From: Rubripirellula sp.
GTDB lineage: Bacteria; Planctomycetota; Planctomycetia; Pirellulales; Pirellulaceae
Direction: 5' to 3'
NCBI GenBank assembly: GCA_028823035.1
Contig: JAPKCI010000006.1
Coordinates: 2,038 to 66,037, forward strand
DNA length: 64,000 bases
The notes below the pieces were generated by a model. It was given only the letters and a program-made list of their open reading frames with translations. It searched no databases and had not been told where the DNA came from. Both the position numbers and the translations under genes were made by a program. Below, piece by piece: positions 60,601-64,000 of the stretch (the stretch's first letter is position 1; every line of letters starts with the position of its first letter).

Positions 60601-61400
60601 TGCGACATTTCTTCGATATGAGCTCTCATCACATCGGGCCCAAGTGCGCAATTCATTCCAATGGACAACATTGGGAAGTGCGCAAGAGAGGTCACGAATG
60701 CTTCTACGCTCTGGCCACTGACAAATGTCCTTCCCCCTTGATCAAAGGTCCCGCTAACCATGACCGGAATGCGTTTGCCGCCGGCGTCGAAGAAATCTTG
60801 AATGGCAAAAAGGCAGGCTTTCAGATTGAGCGTATCGATCGCCGTTTCGGGAAGCAAAATGTCCACCCCAGCAGTCACCAGAGATTCAATCTGTGCTCGA
60901 TAGCTATCCCGCATTTCCTCGAACGTGGTGTCGCGGTGAGCCGGATCATCGACATTGGTGCTAATTGCTGTCTGTTTGGTAGTGGGACCAATTGATCCAG
61001 CAACAAAACGGGGTTTGTCGGGGGTTCGCTCGGTCCACTCATCAGCGGCCTTGCGAGCACAGGCAACCGCAGCGTGGTTGATCTCGTCCACCAGTTCCAG
61101 CGGTAAATCGAACTCGACCATGCCCACGGGCGATGCTCCGAAAGAGTTCGTCTCCACAATGTCACTGCCCGCCTCGTAATAGGCGTGGTGAATCCCCGTG
61201 ATCTTTTCGGGATGCGTCAGGCAAAGGATGTCCGAAAAGTTCTTCAGATCCTTGTGATGTTGCGCGAATCTATCCCCACGGACAGCCGCCTCGTCAAGTT
61301 TTAGTCGCTGAATCATGGTGCCCATGGCACCATCCAGAAGCAGGATTCTCTCGCGGATCAGGTGGGAAATGAGGGACAGGTCGGTTTCTGCTTGGAGCAT
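57699..61400 (-). CDS. metH: Cobalamin-dependent methionine synthase
   Basis: [38 protein letters not shown] (B12 His) and GYPACPDH; all domains present. Start placed at ATG 61400. Confidence 0.98.
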   Translation of the reverse strand: MLQAETDLSLISHLIRERILLLDGAMGTMIQRLKLDEAAVRGDRFAQHHKDLKNFSDILCLTHPEKITGIHHAYYEAGSDIVETNSFGASPVGMVEFDLPLELVDEINHAAVACARKAADEWTERTPDKPRFVAGSIGPTTKQTAISTNVDDPAHRDTTFEEMRDSYRAQIESLVTAGVDILLPETAIDTLNLKACLFAIQDFFDAGGKRIPVMVSGTFDQGGRTFVSGQSVEAFVTSLAHFPMLSIGMNCALGPDVMRAHIEEMSQSTSLAVSCHPNAGLPNDMGEFDLGPTAMADIVGEYADNGWINILGGCCGTTPDHIRAMESRVRGLSPKQETTGPVWTRLSGQLPMVMRPEIPFTMVGERTNVTGSRKFARLIREELYEEAVEVAREQVTNGATIIDINFDDALLDGAEAMTRFLRLISGDDIVAAVPTMIDSSKWEVIEAGLQNTQGKAIVNSISMKDGEATFIERARLVRQYGAAAVIMAFDEQGQAADEDNKVRICKRAYDLLVKEVGFPPEDIIFDPNILTVATGIEEHDNYAVDFINAVRRIKKECPGAKTSGGVSNISFSFRGNDRVREAMHSSFLFHAIKAGLDMGIVNAGQLEVYEEIPKDLLEHVEDVLLNRRSDATDRLLDFAATVKGSGKKKSGEDLSWRENPVAHRMQHALIKGIDKYIVEDAEEARQKFDRCLQVIEGPLMDGMQIVGDLFGEGKMFLPQVVKSARVMKKAVAYLEPFMEEEKLAAGLEASSSRGKFLIATVKGDVHDIGKNIVGVVLQCNNYEVIDLGVMVATDTILEEAKKQNVDIIGLSGLITPSLDEMVHVAREMKRKELKLPLLVGGATTSAKHTAVKIAPVYPGPIVHVLDASRSVNVVEKLLNKDARDTFIQANSEEQEKLVAGYQARTQKLVPYAKALEKRFATDWQTTTINEPCFTGTRVLADFPLSKIRPYIDWSPFFMTWELKGKYPRIFNDETVGEQAKELYKDANDLLDQIIHDKSLQANAVYGFWPAASDGDDIILFTNESRNEELSRFHTLRQQWERRGQKDYRSLADYVAPIDSGRKDYIGGFVVTTGLGADVLAGKYKADLDDYTAIMVQAVADRLAEAFTELMHEKARQDWGFGTDESLSKEELIAEKYRGIRPAAGYPACPDHTEKRTLFDLLQAEQNAAVELTTSFAMFPGASVSGLYFGHPASRYFAVDRITRDQVESYAKRKGRPIDEIERWLGPNLAYDPD

Positions 61401-61655
61401 TCTGGGGCCAGTTTCACGCACAAGGTATCTCGAATTCGACCGTAGTTTCGTTGTCAATGTCCTGCTTAACAACCCGATATCTGAGCCATATTCATATTCA
61501 ATCTTGCCTCATCGTCTCAGTTTGGCTATTCCGCAGTTTCCTCAAGATCGAACAAGTGCTTTCCGATCTAGGAAAAGTGTGGTTCTCGCGGGCTAGTTCG
61601 CGACGCCGTTCTTTCGGTTTCCGCCAATCAACATCCGACCATCCAGGAAGATCGC

Positions 61656-62771
61656 ATGACCGTCTCGCCAAAATGGCCAGATGAGGGAAATAGGCCGCCT
61701 TTCCAGGAAGGAAACGCCGACCACGCCCAGCAGGGTCGTTGTTCGAGTGCCTTACCGCCCACCCTGTTTCAGCTACCGAATCTACGCACAGCGGGGACTT
61801 TCTCGAGGGGAGTAACCGCGAGCCAGCAGCCTGCATCACCCTCTTCAGAGTCAGATTCCCCCGATATTGTTGCGGAAATGCCGTTTGGAAATGCAATTTC
61901 CTCCGCCGCTCCGGCTCAGCATCAGTCATCCGCTGAATTGGAAATTCAGGATCGCAACGAGGACGATTCAAGGTTTCCAGCACCACCAGCCGTGGTGGAT
62001 AGCTTGGATACTCCGGCAACGGCTAAGTCCAATCGCATCAACTGCGACTCTATCTCTCATTATTCAAAGAAAACGGCATCCTCTGACGCGGTTGAGTCTC
62101 AAAACAGTCCAGCAGGACGTTCTTGGATGGACTCGATCGGTTCCCATGGGGTTGTTGTGGGCCTGCTCTTATTAGTCGTTGTTGCGGCGTTGTACACAAA
62201 TGGCGCTCGTAAAGAGGACGGGGTTGATTCATCTCTGGCTGATAGTCATGACTGGCTTGAGTACAGCACCGATGAGGAAATTAACCTGCCGGCGCACGAA
62301 TTCGTCAGGGATCCCAGTCTCGGATCAGACGCGACAGTATCCGACAGCTACGTTGATTCCGAGATTGCTTCAGCAGACTCTGGGTCGGTTGCCGGATTGA
62401 GTGCAAGCGGCGCGGACCTGAGTCAGCCTTTTGTAACCCGCAGTTCCCCGTCGGTTGCACTCTTGCAGAATGAGCTTGGTCAGCCAGCGAACGAAGGGAT
62501 CCCGGGCGTGCAGTTCGAACAGTCCCGCGCGGCTGCGATACTCCCGCCGACAAGCGTCGCTGCAAATCGTGGGACCACTATTTCGGGAGTTCCCAACACG
62601 CGAAGGCAAACCGGACAGCCTGAAGGCTATGAGCTTGTTGTCCCCGCAACCGAGTCTCTGCAGTATCGCCAAACAGCCACACCAGCCGGAATTACTGACT
62701 GGTCAAAATATTTTCCGAATGTTTCAGCGGGTACTGCGGCCAACGCCGGCTATCCATCACCTTCTAACTGA
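61656..62771 (+). CDS. Hypothetical single-pass membrane protein with low-complexity regions
   Basis: Long Ser/Pro/Ala-rich open frame with one TM (GVVVGLLLLVVVAALY) and a short terminal motif (QTATPAGITDWSKY). Confidence 0.7.
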   Translation: MTVSPKWPDEGNRPPFQEGNADHAQQGRCSSALPPTLFQLPNLRTAGTFSRGVTASQQPASPSSESDSPDIVAEMPFGNAISSAAPAQHQSSAELEIQDRNEDDSRFPAPPAVVDSLDTPATAKSNRINCDSISHYSKKTASSDAVESQNSPAGRSWMDSIGSHGVVVGLLLLVVVAALYTNGARKEDGVDSSLADSHDWLEYSTDEEINLPAHEFVRDPSLGSDATVSDSYVDSEIASADSGSVAGLSASGADLSQPFVTRSSPSVALLQNELGQPANEGIPGVQFEQSRAAAILPPTSVAANRGTTISGVPNTRRQTGQPEGYELVVPATESLQYRQTATPAGITDWSKYFPNVSAGTAANAGYPSPSN

Positions 62772-62782
62772 TTCCGTTTGTC

Positions 62783-64000
62783 ATGAGTGATCAAGCTTTT
62801 GTGAAAGCCTTTTCCCGAAGACGGCCCGCCAGCGAACCGCTGTGTACAGAAGGGGACGTTACGGAAAAGGGCAGTAATACCGAACCTGTTGCAGCCCCGC
62901 TCAAGCCTGATCAGGTAATAAATGGGGGCAATTCGAATGACTCTGAATTCGGCGGATTGCACCTCGATCAGTCAGTTGCGTCGACTGATCGCGTCTGGGT
63001 CGATCATCTCGCGGAGCAGGTGTCACGGGCTGACTATGCCGAAAACGGGATTCCAAGGCCACACCTCGAGGCGGCCTCCGGTTTCCAGCCGCTATCTGGT
63101 CCACCGGCTGCTGACAACGAGTTCAGCCCGGATGTTGCCAATGAAAAGACGCCTGTACCGGGAGTGATCGGTGAGGCGGGAGCGGTGTGCCCAACGACTC
63201 AGACAGACGACCCTTTGAATTCAACCGAGGCAACTGATCTCGTTGCCCGCATTCAGAACGCATACGCTTCTACGTTCACCGATGCAGCGAGCTTTGTGCA
63301 TGGTGAGATCAGCAACATTCCTCCCGAGGATGTGTTGCAAGGTATGCGACAGGCGAATCACGGTCGTACTGCCGATGCTTTTCCAGACCTTCGCAATCTG
63401 GACCACAGCGCTGAGCAGCAGTTTGATGTTCGTGCGGCCCAAAGCGTTCCTGATCAGCGACAGGATGTCGCAGCTTCGGAACCCATCATTGAAAACCCGT
63501 TCGCTGAACCTATCCAGAACGTGTCTGCTCAGTCACCATCGAAAGATGTTGTTGAGGAAAACCCCACTCTTACCCCAAGTACCAGCACCGAAGATTTGCC
63601 GGGTGCTCAGTCAGAATCGATTGCTCACGATACGTCTCTCGATCCGCTGACATTCTTGGATGGTCAAGCCAATTCTCAGGCCAGCATCATTCCCTTCCAA
63701 GCCGTTTGGGAGGTTGATGTCCTTGATGTTCCCACGACTGTCGCAGACCTGTTCTTTGAAGGAACACTATTTCAGCAAATTGCTGAGCGAATTTCGGAAG
63801 CTGTCGAGTCAGGGCTCAATAGCGTGATCGTCACGAGCACCAAGGCTGGTGAGGGACGTAGCAGTGTTGCAGTCGGGCTAGCCATGGCTGCGGCTGCTTC
63901 GGGTATACGCGTTGCTCTTGTCGATGCGAACGCTGACCAGCCTACGTTGGCCGACGAGCTTGGCTTAGAACTCCAGTACGGATGGGTCGATACGATAAGA
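62783..64000 (+). CDS. CpsD/CapB (BY-kinase/MinD-like) P-loop protein, truncated by the window edge
   Basis: Frame from ATG 62783 is open to the window end (absent from the ORF track because there is no stop). About 300 aa acidic N-terminus, then VIVTSTKAGEGRSS and RVALVDAN. Confidence 0.8.
   Translation, partial: MSDQAFVKAFSRRRPASEPLCTEGDVTEKGSNTEPVAAPLKPDQVINGGNSNDSEFGGLHLDQSVASTDRVWVDHLAEQVSRADYAENGIPRPHLEAASGFQPLSGPPAADNEFSPDVANEKTPVPGVIGEAGAVCPTTQTDDPLNSTEATDLVARIQNAYASTFTDAASFVHGEISNIPPEDVLQGMRQANHGRTADAFPDLRNLDHSAEQQFDVRAAQSVPDQRQDVAASEPIIENPFAEPIQNVSAQSPSKDVVEENPTLTPSTSTEDLPGAQSESIAHDTSLDPLTFLDGQANSQASIIPFQAVWEVDVLDVPTTVADLFFEGTLFQQIAERISEAVESGLNSVIVTSTKAGEGRSSVAVGLAMAAAASGIRVALVDANADQPTLADELGLELQYGWVDTIR

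Noticed and set aside
61401-61655. SAM or cobalamin riboswitch upstream of metH
   Set aside because: No SAM-I/II or B12-box core motifs recognisable; only short hairpins such as CTTTTCC-GATCTA-GGAAAAG.
1-64000. Mobile elements, prophage, defence systems, tRNA/rRNA; numerous antisense or alternate-frame ORFs in the track
   Set aside because: No integrase, transposase, phage, toxin-antitoxin, restriction or cas motifs and no tRNA/rRNA patterns were recognised. The extra ORFs lie within well-supported genes and lack motifs.

Overview
This is a gene-dense chromosomal window (about 50 CDSs) from a planctomycete, most likely Pirellulaceae. The assignment rests on a PSCyt/PSD1 cytochrome c plus DUF1501 pair, several planctomycete-type prenyltransferase-repeat, PQQ-propeller and sodium:solute symporter genes, and a one-pass Ser/Thr kinase. 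Housekeeping genes are trpB, mutM, rnr, metH, ald, thiO, fur and a CDF transporter. Motility genes are an orphan Flp pilin, flgM, and a flbD-motA-motB-fliL-fliN-fliO block with Pom-like stators. Two accessory blocks encode secreted enzymes (13.9-22.9 kb and 32.0-36.5 kb), and a GT-C/GT2/methyltransferase cluster sits at 50.4-53.9 kb. I saw no rRNA, tRNA, CRISPR array, integrase or transposase, and no clearly novel multi-gene system. The best signals that the gene list does not explain are: a compound 12/13-bp CTAG minisatellite filling most of the trpB/DUF429 divergent promoter region; a 10-bp array expanded inside a hairpin; a three-hairpin leader upstream of the Flp pilin; a multiply lesioned, internally deleted spermidine-synthase-like pseudogene; an FG-GAP plus non-canonical sialidase fusion next to a CxxCH-bearing prenyltransferase-repeat protein; and a DUF2064-thiO-flavoprotein operon. 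Family assignments come from motif recognition by eye, with no database searches. Several start codons were moved downstream of the ORF-track starts.
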